From positions 13,888,001-13,952,000 of the forward strand of contig NC_058370.1 in NCBI RefSeq assembly GCF_018350175.1: a DNA stretch of 64,000 bases, in the 5' to 3' direction. Below the pieces are notes generated by a model, which made no database searches, was not told the DNA's origin, and saw nothing but the letters and a program-made list of their open reading frames with translations. The position numbers and the translations under genes were made by a program. Positions 1 to 13,599 of this stretch are shown here, piece after piece. This DNA comes from Felis catus. Its lineage: Eukaryota. Each line of letters starts with the position of its first letter. The first letter of the stretch is position 1.

Positions 1-2377
1 AATCGAGAGTCCTTGGACACCCAATAGACTGAGCCACCCAGATGTCCGGCTCAGATTCTGAGAGCTGAGGTCAGCGTGGTCAAAATGGCGTGCTTGAAAG
101 GGCTGACCGGGACAAAGGCTTGTCTCTCCTTTCACTCCTAATTATCTCTCAGTCCACGGTGGGATGATTTGGATCCATCGGACATGTACTTAGTTCTCCA
201 GCCTGCTTTTCTTGTGGTTTGGGAAATTCAGTGCTTCAGTCCCCAAACGACATCACTCGGTCGGTCACTCGGTTGGGCTTTTTTGGTTGTGAGCCGTGGA
301 AGTCGGTTCTAGTGGGTTGGAGCAGGAAAAGGATGGGCTGGAAGGGGGTCACTTGGCTCATGGGGTTGATGGGAAGGCTGGAGGTCCGGGGCTGCTCTGG
401 GGACAGAGCCGGTTCACAGTCTCCTCAGGGTCAACAGAGGGCAAAGTCCTCTGGGAGAGTCGCTCATCTTGTGTCATGTATCTGCCCTTTGGCCAGGAAA
501 GGGCTGGTGTCTGGACCCCTGAACCCACCACCTGCCCCCACCAGGGAGGAGATAATTCCTCAGGAGCTGATATGGCCACTTGGGCATCTTGAGAAACGAC
601 ACCATTATTTCCCACTTGCAGGTGGAGAGCAGGCCCTGAACTGTACTCTGCTTGGGAAACTTGGAAACTCCAATAATTGGCTCTCGGTTCTTTAATTCCG
701 TCCCGACATCTAGTCCATATGAGTCTTCAGATTCTCCCGTGACACGTACTCATTTATTAACTGAGTAATTCCCAAGCCAGTCATTGCCATTACCCCCGCC
801 TTGGCATTTACCGGAGTGTTCTAGTTCTCCGGAGACCAAGCTTTCGAGCTTTCAGGATGTCAGGTTGACATTTGTGTCCGAGGATAATGATCTGCTGAGA
901 GATTGGAAGTACCATCTAGATACCAGGTGTGTTTACCTGTTTCGTGTTTTCTGAGTACTTATTAGGTGCCTGGCATTCTATGCAAATTACTTCATTTGAC
1001 TTTTCTAATCATGCTGTGTTGTTCTGTTACTCCCATTTTACAGTGAAGGAAACTGAGGGGCGGCAGGATTCATGGAGTCGCCAAGTGGAGAACCGGGGTC
1101 GGGTTTGATCTTTGAGTTTAAACCTGTGTCCATAGCTGTGAGCTCTGTCCCAAGGATGCCAGGTCAGATGTCTGTAGGTAGATGAGTGAGATTAGCTGGC
1201 TGCACCTAGGGGTGCCAGGGCCTTTGAACAGGAGAGTGCCTTCAGTAATATGGGAGGATGCACCCCCCTGACTGCTGACCAGCAGGAATATTGGCTCAAC
1301 AGTGTTGCCAGGATTTTTCCACCCCCTGTAAGAATGCCTGGCTTTGAAATGTGGTCTGTGCAGGCCGGTTTCTCAAAGACCACGCACGAACCCAACAACA
1401 CATCTCCGGGTCAGGAGTGGCTTGTCAGTTTGCATTCTCTGCAGGATTTTGGCCACACCGTGTATGACTCAGAGCAAACCCCTCCGAGGCCAGGGATCTG
1501 AAGTCTGAAAGATGATGGTCTCCGTGAGTTCACGTCTCCATACAAAGGCTCCCCTGTTCGGGCCGCTTCGCCTCTTGTTCTGCCATTGTGTGCATTCTGC
1601 GGTAACGATTGTGGTGTGCGGGTGCCAGGCTGCCGGAGCTGAAATCATTTTTAAAAATGTCTGTGTAATGTCACCCGCACAAGGGAAAGAGCCGCTTGGA
1701 AACCGTGCACAGATTCAGCGGAAGCCCGAGATACTAAAATCTTGACAGTATCATTCTTGCTGAGATGTGCCTGGGTTAGGGATATGTTTTCTGAGACAGG
1801 ATGTTAGAGAATAGACAATTACAGCAATTTGCTAACCAGCCCCAGACCTGAATTAGTACAGGATCCTGGTTCTCACTGTTGTATGTAAATGAAGACTGTC
1901 TCACAAAGGGATTGTTTATGAGGATGGCAATGAGATAGAGACCTTCTGTCATTTTTTTTTTTCCCCAAGGAAACTCTTTGAGAAAATATAACCAAAAACA
2001 TTCTTAAATCACAGTAGGATGCAGAAAATGCTGAGAATTTTCTTTTGAAAAAAAAAAAAATGAGCATCAGTATTTTTAACTCTATTCTGGCTCTCGGATA
2101 GCCTGCAGCGGAAGACATTTATTTGTGAGGTAGATAACTACCAGATTGTTCCTCTCCCAAGAAGGTTTAAAACGTCCCAGAACTCTGAAGATGTTGGATA
2201 ATGACTTTCCAAATGAGAAATCTACCTTCTCTCGGCCAGCGGAGCATCCGCCATGCATCTGTTCATGGGATCCTGTCTCCCCGTCTGTGCAATTTAGTTT
2301 TTGTGGTTCACTTGTGGAGAACTTTGTGTTGCCCCCCCCCTTTTTTTGGGGGGGGCATTTTGAATTTTTTTTTTTAA

Positions 2378-2806
2378 AACGTTTATTTAAAAAAAAATTT
2401 TTTTTTTAATGTTTATTTATTTTTGAGACAGAGAATGAACGGGGGAGGGTCAGAGAGAGGGAGACACAGAATCCGAAACAGGCTCCAGGCTCTGGGCTGT
2501 CAGCACAGAGCCCGACGCGGGGCTCAAACTCACGGACCGCGAGATCATGACCTGAGCCGAAGTCGGTCGCTCAACCAACTGAGCCACCCAGGCGCCCCGA
2601 AACGTTTATTTATTTTTGAGAGAGAGAGGGAGAGAGAGACAGAGCATGAGCAGGGGAAGGGACAGGGAGAGAGGGAGACACAGAATGTGAAGCAGGCTCC
2701 AGGCTCAGAGCTGTCAACATAGAGCCTGACATGGGGCTCAGACTCACAAACCGTGAGATCATGACTTGAGCCGAAGTCAGTGCTTAACCGACTGAGCCAC
2801 CCAGGT
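2378..2806 (-). mobile_element. Two antisense carnivore SINEs (SINEC_Fc type); the younger is inserted in the tail of the older
   Basis: Reverse complement of ggggcgcctgggtggctcag head, (GA)n body, T-rich tail; duplicated aaacgtttattta at ~2378 and ~2600. Confidence 0.9.
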
Positions 2807-3199
2807 GGGTTTTTTTGCCCCGTTTTGAAGCCTGACCCATGCTTTATGTTTATGTGACTGTTGTTATTCTATAAGACTGTGATCTAAGATAGACTGTTTT
2901 CAACTTTGAAAAAGAACTGTCTCCTTTTGTTTCTCCAGTCGTTCCAGGTCTGAGGCCTTTTAGAGATCCTGGCTTTTTTTTTTTTTTTCTCCTGAAACTT
3001 CCAAATAGGTTTGCTCCCTTGGTGGTTGGTTCTTCACCATCGACCTTCGGGGTTGGGGGAGAGCAAGTTTGGAAAGCCCACGTCTCACAGTGGGAGTTGA
3101 GTGCAATATTACAAGGCCCTCCAAACCTCCACCCCAAGTTCCTTCTACCCACCTCCAGCTTTCCTGGGAACCTGGAAACCTGGCATTTCACAGACCTTT

Positions 3200-3790
3200 A
3201 AAAACAAGAACAAAAACAAAAACTTTATTGAGCTATAATTCACATAGTGTACAATTCTCCATTTTAAGGTAGACAGTTCAGTGGTTTTTAATATGTTTAG
3301 AGTGTGGTGCAATCGATTTTTAACATTCTCCTCGTCCCAATAAGAAATCCCCCCCCCCATTAGTAATCACTCCCCATCGTCCCTTACCCCAGTCCTGACA
3401 ACCACAAATCTACCTTCTGTCCTTGTGGATTTACTTACTTTGGTTGTTTTCATCTAAACGAAATCATGATAGCATACGACCTTTTGGGTCTGACTTCTTT
3501 TCCTTAGAATAATGCTTTCAAGACCCAGCCACATGGTAGCCTAGATTAGCACTACGTTCCTTTTTATGGCCGAATAATGCTGTATCGTGGATATACCACA
3601 TTTTTATCATCCACTCATCCGTTAGTAGACATTTGACTTGTTTCTATGTTTTGGCTCCCCTGCATGATGCTGACGTGCCGATTTTGTGTGAGTTTTTGTG
3701 TGGGTGTATGTTTTCATGTCTCCTGGTTATAGACATAGGTAGGCGTGGGGTTCCGCGGTCCTAGGGCACTTCTGTTTAACCTTTTGATGG
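3200..3790 (-). mobile_element. Old L1 (L1M-type) 3' fragment, antisense
   Basis: Typical antisense L1 3'UTR phrases (tttattgagctataattcacata; tttcaagacccagccacatggtagc; catccactcatccgttagtagacatttg). Confidence 0.75.
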
Positions 3791-4149
3791 ATGCGTCGAC
3801 TTCTCAACACGTTAAAGTCTCTCCCATGCCTGCATGTTTTCTCTTAGTAGTTCTTCCTGTTTCTGGCCTCTTCTTCCACGCCAGGTTTCTTAGGAGAAGC
3901 GTCTTGATTTGTGTCTTGGTGTCCTCACCTGCCCATTTGTCACTTTTGTCACCGAGCTTCCTGCAGACTCCACGTTGCTTTTTCCGGTGGAGGTTTTCGG
4001 GACTCATTTACCTTGATCTGACAGAGGTGTGTGGGCCATTGCTGTTCATTCTTTTCCTGGAAACATCTCTTCCTTGGCTTTTTTTTTTTTTTTTTTTTTT
4101 TTTTGTCACCGCTGTCCTCGTTCTCCGCCTGTTTCCCTGGTACCCTCGC

Positions 4150-5030
4150 TTCTCTTCAGCCATTAAATGTTGGCGTTGTGGAAAGCTTGGCCCTGTCCTC
4201 TCTCCCAGCATGTTCTTTCCCTGAGTGATCTCGCCCACATCCGTAGCTTTGTGACTCACACATTTTTTATTTCCAACCTAGATTTTTCCTGAGTCATGAG
4301 GCGGAGAGGGCCAGCTGCCTACCTGACCTCCCTACCTGTTGTTCATGGGTGTCTCAAACTCAGCAGGTCCCATCTCAACCTGCTCTCCTGCCCTCCCCGC
4401 TCCACCCCAGCAAAACACCTGCTTCTCTACCCTGTCCGATAAGCTAGTATTCTGCCAGTTGGCTAGGCCAGAGATAGGGGACTTATTCTAATTCTTCTGT
4501 CCTTTTGCCTTTTTTGGTGTCGTTTTCTTACAATATTATATCCTAAATACCATTCTGTAGGTCTCTTAACTGGTCCCACTGTCTCTGTCCCGCCCCCCCC
4601 CCCCCCCAATCTTTCGGAAAGGAACATCCCTTCTGACTACCACTTCCTACTTTAAACTGTTTTCCTGTTCTCTTTTAACCTACTTTAAAGTGCTTTCTCC
4701 GTAGTTTCGGATGAAGATGACAATCCTAAAATCCGCATGTGTTACCCCCTGCCTACCCTTTCAGCTTTTCCCTGTGTTCCCCTTTCCTGTCTCACTTGGG
4801 ACACACCTACCGTCTAGATTCCAGAGCCAGGGGGTCTTTGCTCAGACTTGGGAGATCCTCCCCTCTCCTCTCTCCTAACCTCCCAACCCCCCTGAGTCTA
4901 AGGTTCCAAACGAGGGTGGGTCCTGCCTTTTGTTTTTGTTGATCCTGCTGTGCCCTCTGCCTATTTTATTACCAGTGTGCCTGTGCTGGTTGCTGTGCAA
5001 TAAATATTTATTTTGAACGAATGAGTGAAT
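4150..5030 (-). mobile_element. Degenerate L2 fragments
   Basis: Phrases such as gtgtctcaaactcagcaggtcc and the L2 3' end caataaatattt...gaacgaatgagtgaat; fragment strands may differ. Confidence 0.5.
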
Positions 5031-5874
5031 GGCTTGACTTTGTCTATCAGATGGATAGAACTTTTATCCTGGAGAACGAAGTAAAAACAGCCTTTCAGCT
5101 AGAGAGGGTGGCTTTGTTTCCAGCATAATCCGTGCCTGGAAATAATTACCCAAGCTCAGATGTCTGCTCTCCCTGAAACGATTGGTGGCCTGTCTTTCTT
5201 TCCCCCCAGGGATACAGCACTCTTTGAAATGCCCCCCTTCCCTCTGATTTCTTTCCTTCCCGATGTATTAATACCACTTCTGGTAGGGCCCTTTCCAAAA
5301 CACAAGTCCGATTGTCTTGGTCTCCTGTCTCCTGCTTTAAGTTTCCAAGGGCTCCTTAAGACCACAGTCTTGAGCAGAGAGAATTCAAGGCCCTACTCCC
5401 TCCCCGTCCTTTCCAGGCTCTGGTCAGCGTCCCTGCGGAACCTGCCTGTTGCCCTATCCAGCCTTCCAGCCCGAGTGTCTGTCTTGGGATATGCTAGTTC
5501 CTCTCCTACTCATTGCTGAGGCACACCTTTACAGATCCTTCCAGACTAAGCTAAAGCCCTCCTCACTCTGGTCCTCCTTCACTGGAGCCCTTTAGCTTCC
5601 AACGTCAAAATCACCCTGGAAAGTCCCTTAAATTTGTCCATGAAAGTACAGTAATCAGCTCCCATCAGGCATTCTTATACATACTAAAGGCTTGAGAATT
5701 ACCAAGCCAGGCTAAGGGAGGAACCAAAGACAAGGCCATGCACCTTTTTCTAGGCATCAGGCATTACGCCTTGAAGACACCTGGCAAATTCCTCAAATAC
5801 GGATGGGTGGAAGATTCTGAGGTGTTCTGCTGACTCCACACCGGCTCTCTTGTCTGTTTAATACAGAGTTCCTT

Positions 5875-6020
5875 ACAGCTATGCTGTTTGCTATATGTGG
5901 CTCTTTAAATTTACGTTAATTAAAACTGTAGTTGCACTGGCCACATTTCAGTCGCCTGGTAGCCACGTGTAGCCGAGGCGATTGCTGTCGTTATAGAAAG
6001 TTCTGTTGGACAGGGCTGCT
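5875..6020. mobile_element. MER3/MER33-like hAT-Charlie MITE remnant
   Basis: ccacatttcagtcgcctggtagccacgtgtagc...agaaagttctgttggacagggctgct resembles the MER3 consensus. Confidence 0.6.
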
Positions 6021-6224
6021 GTGTAGCTTTCATACATTGGCGGGTGCCGTGCTGGATGCTGTTGGTGAAAATAACCCAGTCAGGGATTGGCGCAGCCCAG
6101 AATATGCTGAATAAACAGTTACATCAGAACTGAAGTTTTGCTTGATCAAACCTCCTGGGGGCCTCCCATTTTTTGAAAAGAGAGAGCATGGCCGGCGGCT
6201 CCCTGTGTTCTCAGGTTAGCATTC

Positions 6225-6431
6225 TTTTTTTTTTTTTTTTTGGTAATGTTTGAGAGAGACCGAGCACCTGCACCTTGGGAGCGGGGGAGGGGCAGAGAGA
6301 CAAGGAGACCTAGGATCTGAAGTGGACTCTGCCCTGACAGCCAGGAATTCACGCAGGTCGAACTCATGAACCCCAAGAGATCCTGATCTGAGCCGAAGTA
6401 GGATGCGTAACCGACTGAGCCGAGGTGCCCC
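6225..6431 (-). mobile_element. Older antisense carnivore SINE
   Basis: T tail, diverged SINEC body ending actgagccgaggtgcccc. Confidence 0.8.
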
Positions 6432-6695
6432 TCCGGTGGGCATTTCTTAATCGCGCTCCACTGAACTGCCTTTTTGCCAGGCCCTTTGGCATCTTGGAAT
6501 ACTGGGTGGGGACAAATACCATAGGATATGCCGGGCCATCCTCTCCCCAGCCTCCCAAATCAACCCTGCATCGTAGAATTCACTGACCTGTGTGTCAGTA
6601 GACGGATATGGGCACCAGGTCTCCCTCTCAACTCTGACCAACCTGGTGCTAGCGATTTAGAGTAGCTGCTCAATAAGTGTTTTTAGAAAAAAGAT

Positions 6696-6920
6696 GGGGC
6701 GCCTGGGTGGCGCAGTCGGTTAAGCGTCCGACTTCAGCCAGGTCACGATCTCGCGGTCCGGGAGTTCGAGCCCCGCGTCGGGCTCTGGGCTGATGGCTCA
6801 GAGCCTGGAGCCTGTTTCCGATTCTGTGCCTCCCTCTCTCTCTGCCCCTCGCCCGTTCATGCTTTGTCTCTCTCTGTCCCAAAAATAAATAAACGTTGAA
6901 AAAAAAAATTAAAAAAAAAA
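6696..6920 (+). mobile_element. Young full-length feline SINEC_Fc with TSD
   Basis: Head ggggcgcctgggtggcgcagtcggttaagcgtccgacttcagccagg, (CT)n, aataaa, A tail; TSD agaaaaaaga at 6685 and 6921. Confidence 0.95.
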
Positions 6921-7014
6921 AGAAAAAAGAATCTCTTCCAAGGATTACAGACTAATTAAGGGAAGAAAATGGATTATTGGATTTTCCTTTCAAACGATAA
7001 AGGCACTGCCTCCC

Positions 7015-7587
7015 TGAGACATAGGCCATTCCAGGACCCGGAGAGGGTCCCGCAGGACAAGCCAAGAGGATCCTTGGCTTCCTGCAGGATAGAGATCAAA
7101 CACGAGCTAGGAGGAAGCGAGAGCAGAATTAACTGAATAGCATGACTGATAGAGCATAGCAGGCGGTGTATCCGGGAGACTCAGAAAAGGAGAGGCGAGT
7201 TAGGGGTTTGCATTGGAAAGGGGTCCAAGGTACATGTTCCTTCAGGAATCCAGGGTAGGAGTCCATCAGAGGGTCAGGTGAACAATAGGCGGTGTTCCAT
7301 AAGCCACTGAAGGCAGGGGTAGGGATGCCCGTGTCAACCAAGATTTGTTGGAAGCCAACGTCCTCGAGCTCGGTTCATCTTAGATGGTATGAGGTGTGTG
7401 GGGGCCTAGGACGAAACTCAGAATGACTCGTTTTCATGCTTCCCCCTGGAGTGGGAACATAGCTTCTTGGGTTTACTCAGATGTGGTGAAATACGGAACG
7501 TGAGGAAAGGGGGGCTGGCAGAGACACAGCAGAGGTGGAGCCTTTCCAAAATGGCGTCTCTTCAGCTTCCCTATCTTATTTCCAACA
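7015..7587 (-). mobile_element. Probable solo LTR, ERV1 class, antisense
   Basis: On the minus strand it begins TGTTGGAAA and ends GTCTCA. The phrase gccaagaggatccttggcttcctgcaggatagagatcaaacacgagc resembles antisense MER4-group LTR U5/R. No TSD seen. Confidence 0.5.
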
Positions 7588-7707
7588 AGCTAAAATATAC
7601 AAAGAAAAAGCTAAAAAAATCTGTAGCCAGGTGTAACCAGTGTTAACGGTTTGGTATATTTTCATTTGTACTTTACCCCTCCTGTAAAAATATAAACAAA
7701 CTTCTAT

Positions 7708-8245
7708 TCTAGGGGCAGAAAACTTTTCTTCTTTTCTTCTAGATTCTTAGGCCAGTCTAATAATTTAATTGATACAGGACCGATTAACAGGATGAAAACA
7801 AAGAGAAGTTTAACAATGCATACTTCTCCTGTGTACACGAGAGAGACCCAGAAAAACGGAGTAACTCCCCACAATGGCCAAAGCCATCACCTTAAATACC
7901 GTCTTCAGCTAAAGACAAAAGAGGTTGGGGGTGGGGAATCCGTTATGGGAGTCACCAGGAGAAGCACAGCAAACCAGGGTCAGGTCGTTATGCAGATTTA
8001 AGTTGTTGTCTTCTCCATTGATCAGAGTTTCTAGAGAGTTAGTCATTCTCATCTTCTGGGTCCGGCTAGGAAGACGTTCTTACAGATGGAGATTTTTCTT
8101 ACACATGTAAATGTCTCCTTACAAAAGGGTGATTTTGATTTGGTTTTCAGAGCTGCTCTCCAGTTCGCAGTTTCTTGAAAATAACCAGCCTGAGTTAATC
8201 CTTGTGCCAAAGAGACGTATTTTGGGGTGGCAATTCCTGCTTGAC
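7708..8245 (-). mobile_element. MER34-like solo LTR (ERV1), antisense
   Basis: Characteristic end cttgaaaataaccagcctgagttaatccttgtgccaaagagacgtattttggggtggca and start taggggcagaaaacttttc; about 540 bp. Confidence 0.65.
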
Positions 8246-8534
8246 GGAATGCCAAGACGGTACCATGACGGGGTTGAACGGTCCAGAGCTTGGCTGTCCC
8301 AGCAAGGCGCCCTATTTGCCTTCTTGCCTTTTGCTGCTCTACTCTGCCTTGAAGAGACTTTCAAGGTTAGATTTAATTATCTTGACAATTAAGGAATAAT
8401 GGAGACCTTGGTATATGGGGAATCTTGTGTTCCATCCTAAGATGTGTGTGTGTGTGTGTGTGGGGGGTCAGCCTGGAGGATTGTTTCATGTGGAAACGGG
8501 GACCCTGTGTGGCCAGATATTGTTTTTGTTTGTT

Positions 8535-8779
8535 TGCTTTTTTTTTTTTTAAAACGTTGATTCTTCTATGAGAGAGAGAGAGAGAGAGAGAGGGAATGCC
8601 TGTGCTCAAGCTCGCACAAGCAGGGAGGGTGCAGAGTGGGAGGGAGACACAGAATCCGAAGCAGGCTCCAGGCTCTGAGCTGTCCGTGCAGTCCGATGCA
8701 GGGCTCAAACCCAGGAACCATGAGATCATGACCTGAGCCAAAGTCAGATTCTAAACTGACTGAGCCACCCAGGCTCCCC
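8535..8779 (-). mobile_element. Antisense carnivore SINE
   Basis: T tail, (GA)n, SINEC body ending gagccacccaggctcccc. Confidence 0.9.
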
Positions 8780-9799
8780 TTGTTTTGTTTTAAGAGAAGA
8801 TAGTCATCTGGATTTATTCTAGATGTGGTTTCACCCAATTTAAAAATACTGATAACTAAAGTTGTAAAAGTATCAGCCAGCTGTGAGCGGATCGAATTCA
8901 CCCTGTGGTCCTTCAGTGGGCTACCACTGGCCCAGGCCATGGCTGTAGCCACCCCTAGACTGATGTCCTGGCGATTCCTCCCCATCTGGGTCACTGGGTA
9001 ATTACATCAGCTGTCGCTAGAGCCCCCTTCCTAATAAGGTTGCTGTGGGTTTGTCCTTGACCTCTTTAACCGTCTTCAATAACCCCCCTATCCCCACTCG
9101 GCAGTCCGGGAACTGTCTTTCAAGCCAGGTTGCTGTTCCTTGAGTTGGGACCGGACACCCTAGTAATTGGTGGGGATTGCTTGACAAATATGTTATCTTT
9201 AAAATCTAGACTCCTCTCCAGGCTGTTGAGATGCTGACGCTTTGAGAGGCCGGAGAGAACGAAGATGGAGACCAGACAGAGCAGATTTAGTTTCTCTTGA
9301 ATCACGCCCAGGAGTGGGATGGAGGGAAGATGAGCCAGCCAGGCCCATACTGCTGCCTTCACGAAGGGAAGTGCTCCCCGCGGGCCCTGGCATCCGATTG
9401 CAGGGACAGAATTGGTGCATCCTGGCGAGGATTAAGGGAGGCGTTGAAAAGAGATCCTCAGACTTAAAAGGGTCTGACGAGAAAAAGGGCAAAGAATCTG
9501 GACTAAAAAATTTGGTTAAATGGTCATCACACTGGGGGGTCTCCCAGTGGGGAGCATGTTTTCCCTGGAGAAAGTCATCCCTCCTTTTTAACGCTAAATG
9601 ATTCTGAGACTGTCTCTCCTTGAGAAGAATGCAGAGTTGGGAAGTAGGTGGCTTGTGAAAACCTCCTGAGTTTCCCCCCTCTGGTTTCTCAGTAATTGTG
9701 TTTAGCTGCATGGCCCCATCCTGTTTGGCATATAAATCCTTACTTAATCCCCTACTTTTGGAGAAATGCACTCTTCAGGCAAGAAACAAGAATGGCCGA

Positions 9800-10025
9800 G
9801 GGGTGCCTGGGTGGCTTAGTCGGTTGAGCATCCGACTTCGGCTCAGGTCATGATCTCACGGTTCGTGAGTTTGAGCCCCGCGTCGGGCTCTGTGCTGACA
9901 GCTGGGAGCCTGGAGCCTGCTTCGGATTCCGTGTCTCCCCCTCTCTCTGCCCCTCCCCTGCTTGTGCTCTGTCTCTCTCTCTCTCAAAAATAAACAAACA
10001 TTAAAAAAAAAAAAAAAAAAAAAAA
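9800..10025 (+). mobile_element. Sense carnivore SINE with TSD
   Basis: Full head/body/A tail; TSD aagaatggc(c/t)gag on both sides. Confidence 0.93.
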
Positions 10026-11329
10026 GAATGGCTGAGTACTTGTCCAGAAGGGAATTTCCCCTCTAGTGTTCTGGTGTTTCTCTTTTGCACCCTGAGATGG
10101 CCAGGTTCCCTTTTGAGTAATCTTCCCTATTGACCTCACAACCCTCCTGTCTTCTTGGACTGCGGGGAGAAATTCTTAGATCAGGGAAGAAAAACGGGAG
10201 TTTCTTGTGAGTCACCTCGGAGCTTTGTTAACACTGTTCCGTTGCTCATTTACCTGGTCAGATGTGTGTCTGTGGCGATGCCTCTTGAGCCAAGCCCAGA
10301 GCCGGGCCCCGTGCCATGCACGGGGCTATGGCAAAGAACTGCCCAGATGGAGCTCACATTCTGGAGGAGATTAAAAAAAAAAAAAAAAAAAAAAAGAGTG
10401 AAACAGCAAAAGAAGAAAATAATTTTTGACAGTTTTCAGCTAGAGGTAATCTCAGTGAAGTCAATAGCGATCACACACCCACACACACACCCACACACAC
10501 ATACCCGAACCCACATTTCAGAATGATAAGGGGGCTGGAGGGTGATGTTTGAGCCGAAAGCTGAAGTTGCCAGGTATGGGAAGATTGCACATAGAACATT
10601 CTAGAGGGAAGTGGCAGCGAGTGTACATGAACTTGGCTTGTGTGAGGCCATTGTGGTTGGGTTCAGTGGATGGAAGAGGACAAGTGAGCGGGACCAAATG
10701 CGGCATAAGTCTGGATGGGATGTTGGGTGCGCCTAGCGAGCCGCCTCGGCGGGTTTTAATCGGGGGCTGCCTCGTCTCATTTAGGTTTGAAGAAGGCTGC
10801 CTGCCGTAGAGGGCAAGTCAGGAGCCCTGGTGCTCGGATCGAGGTGGCGGCTGTGGCGGTGGGACTGAACGTGAACGGGCAGAAGACGGGCAGGGAAAGC
10901 TTTCTTTGCAGAGCGCTTGCTGTGTGCCAGGCACCACGTAGGCACTAGCTAACCTGTGTGGTTGGGCATCCTTAATACATTCCGCGGAAAGCTAGGACTC
11001 TGAGGCCGGCTCTCTCCCAGGCTTCAAGAGCCCTGTTTGAGTAGGGGTGAGAAGGAGGAGTCCCAGGGCAGTTCTGAGGGCCACCTGGACTGTTCTGCTT
11101 TTCTCCGGGAGGAAATCCTGAGCCCTGCAGGGATTTTGAGCCTGGCTTGGTTGAACCTATGCCAGCCCGTGAACGTTTGGGTCTCTCTTCATTGCACATT
11201 TTTTTTTTTTTTTTTTTTTTTCAGAAACATTCTGGGAAGAGCTAGTCTGGTGCGAATCGAGGTGAAGGTACAGAAGGATTCGGGGAAACTGGCTTGAGCT
11301 TTCTGGGCTAATGTCTTCTCTCTGCCCTG

Positions 11330-12190
11330 GCTCCTCTTTCCCCCATTGGGGAACAATAATAGTCATAACCGGTGGTGCCTGTGACATGTGACACCTCCAC
11401 CTGGCACATACTGTCTCGTGTAATTCTGAACCCTTTTAGAAAGGCCCTCATTGTCCTAGCTGAATCCACTGAGGCACAGAGAGGCCGAGGAGCTTGCCAG
11501 AGACACAGCTGCTATCAGACCTCGTGGTAGGGCTGTGGAGCCCACACACCGAACCATAGAGCTGGCTTGACGCTGGCCCACACCCAGCATGCCCTCAGTG
11601 ATAAGAGAATTACAAGGTGGTGCTGACGACCACAGGGAAGAAAGACCCTTGGCTGGGGTAGTTCGGGGCTTTGGAGCGGGAGTCAGCTGCAGGGGAGTCC
11701 CCAGCATGTCTTTGAGCCTTTGAGCACATAAGTGACTTTGCTTTTCTGAGCTGCATCTATCAAATGGGTGCAGAAACACCATGCCTACTCTCATGGGATT
11801 CCCCAGGGGCTCCATCAAGTAGCGCCTCAATAAATGGTAGGTGTGAATCACACGAGCCCTGTTTGGGAAGAAGCTAGAGAAATATTTTCCTGGCTACACC
11901 CTCTCTCCTGACGTGTATTATTCACAAAATCCTGGTATTTCTCCTGCCCAGCAGCTTTTTGCCCGTGTGTAATCAACCCGGTTCTTACTGAATATATTCC
12001 ATATTCATTCTGTGTTTACCAGCCCCTTCATCATGGGCCTGTTTTTCTCCGGGCCTCAGTTTCTTCGTCAGTAAAATGGGGATATTCAGTACTACCTTCT
12101 CACAGAACCATGGTGAGGGGTAAGTAAATTGCTGTTTGTGTTTAGAACAGTGCCTCCCAGATAAGTGGTCAACGAAAGGCATTTTTAATA
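11330..12190. mobile_element. Cluster of MIR fragments
   Basis: MIR core phrases (gggcctcagtttcttcgtcagtaaaatgggga; ctgaggcacagagagg). Confidence 0.6.
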
Positions 12191-12462
12191 CAATAACATT
12201 ACTACTATTATTTTCTCTGGCAATCTTCCCTCCAGGGCCGGGACCTTCTGCTGACCATCTCCCAGGTAGCCTAGTTGTCTTGTTCCTCAGTGACTGTTGA
12301 CCGACTGGTTCCTTTGTTTTCTTCTGTTTGAAATGTGCAGTCAGGGCCACCAGGTGAAACATTAGGCATCATTTTCCTTCCTAGTAGGCACAGATGCCTC
12401 TGTGGGTGGTGTATTTACACAAGGTTGGACTTGCCTGGCCGCTCACCGGAAGCTTCTTTAGC

Positions 12463-12685
12463 CCTGAATTTCTCAGCCACGGCTCTGTTGACGTTTTAGG
12501 CCTGATCATTCTGCTGCGGGTCTGTGCTGTGCGCTGTAGGGCGGTTATTAGCACCATCCATGGTGCCCGTGCACGAAATGCTTCTAGCGACTTCTTTCTT
12601 TTTCTAGTTGTGACCACCAAAAATGTTTCCTGACTCTGCTGAGTGTCTCCAGGGGAGACCTGGCGAGGACCCCTGCTTCACACTG
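12463..12685. mobile_element. MER20 hAT-Charlie MITE
   Basis: tttctcagccacggctctgttgacgttttaggc...agttgtgaccaccaaaaatgtttcc resembles MER20. Confidence 0.7.
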
Positions 12686-13599
12686 TTCGAAACACCTGAG
12701 CCCCCTAAAAATGGCACCTGATAGGTGCTGGGGGCGTGTTCTGAGCTCCTCCTGTATGCTGGGCCCTGGAGATGCAGATGTGGCCCCTGACCAGGGCAGT
12801 ACCTGGCATGGAGTGAGAGCTCCCTAAGTACCATTTTCATCCATAATCTCATAGCCTCTTGAAAATACCTTAAATAGTTTAATACCCGAACAGGGTCAGA
12901 AAGAACTGAAAGATGAACCCAGTGTTTCCTTTCTGTCCTGGTTGTTCCCCCAGGGCCTTTGCAGACCCAGAGCCTACACAGCCCCTACTTCTTCCATTCC
13001 GGTCTCTTTCTGGCCTTTTCTGACTTCGATTTTCTTACGTGTCAGTACATGAAGAGATCTCCTCTTCATTCCGTTTTCTGGCTGCATGATGATTTTTTGC
13101 ATCTCAGTCTCCTGCTGGTGGCATCGAAGTTGCTTCCCATTCCCTTGGTTGTGCCGATGTGTCATCCTGTGCCCTTCTGAGAGCCGGGGGTGGGGTGGGA
13201 TGGGGCGAGGGGAGGCCAGGCCACAGGATACATGCTTAGAGCCAGCGCAGTATGGGGGGCGTTCTGGGTCTGAAATCTCTGCTTCCTCAAAGGACCACGA
13301 TGAGGTGACTGTCCAGGGCCTTGTCCCCTCTTCCCCAGCATCTTCTAGAGACCTTTCCTGTTTTCACGAAAGTGACCTTCGAGAGGCCAGACCCACGCCC
13401 AGGGCGTGTGAGGAACGCTGCCTGGTTTCCAGTGGCACCTTTTCCCTCCGCCCCACCCGAGCCTCTCTGTTTCCCTTTTCTTCTCTCAGCCCGCTGCGGG
13501 CAGAGCCGCCTTTTTACCTGACTTGGCTCTCTGATGGCTGTAATTCCCCAGTTGCAGTTTGAAAGCCACCCACCAGCACCTGAGCTTTCTAGAACCTGA

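Noticed and set aside
9199-9771. 190-aa minus-strand ORF
   Set aside because: No recognisable motif or splice context; likely chance.
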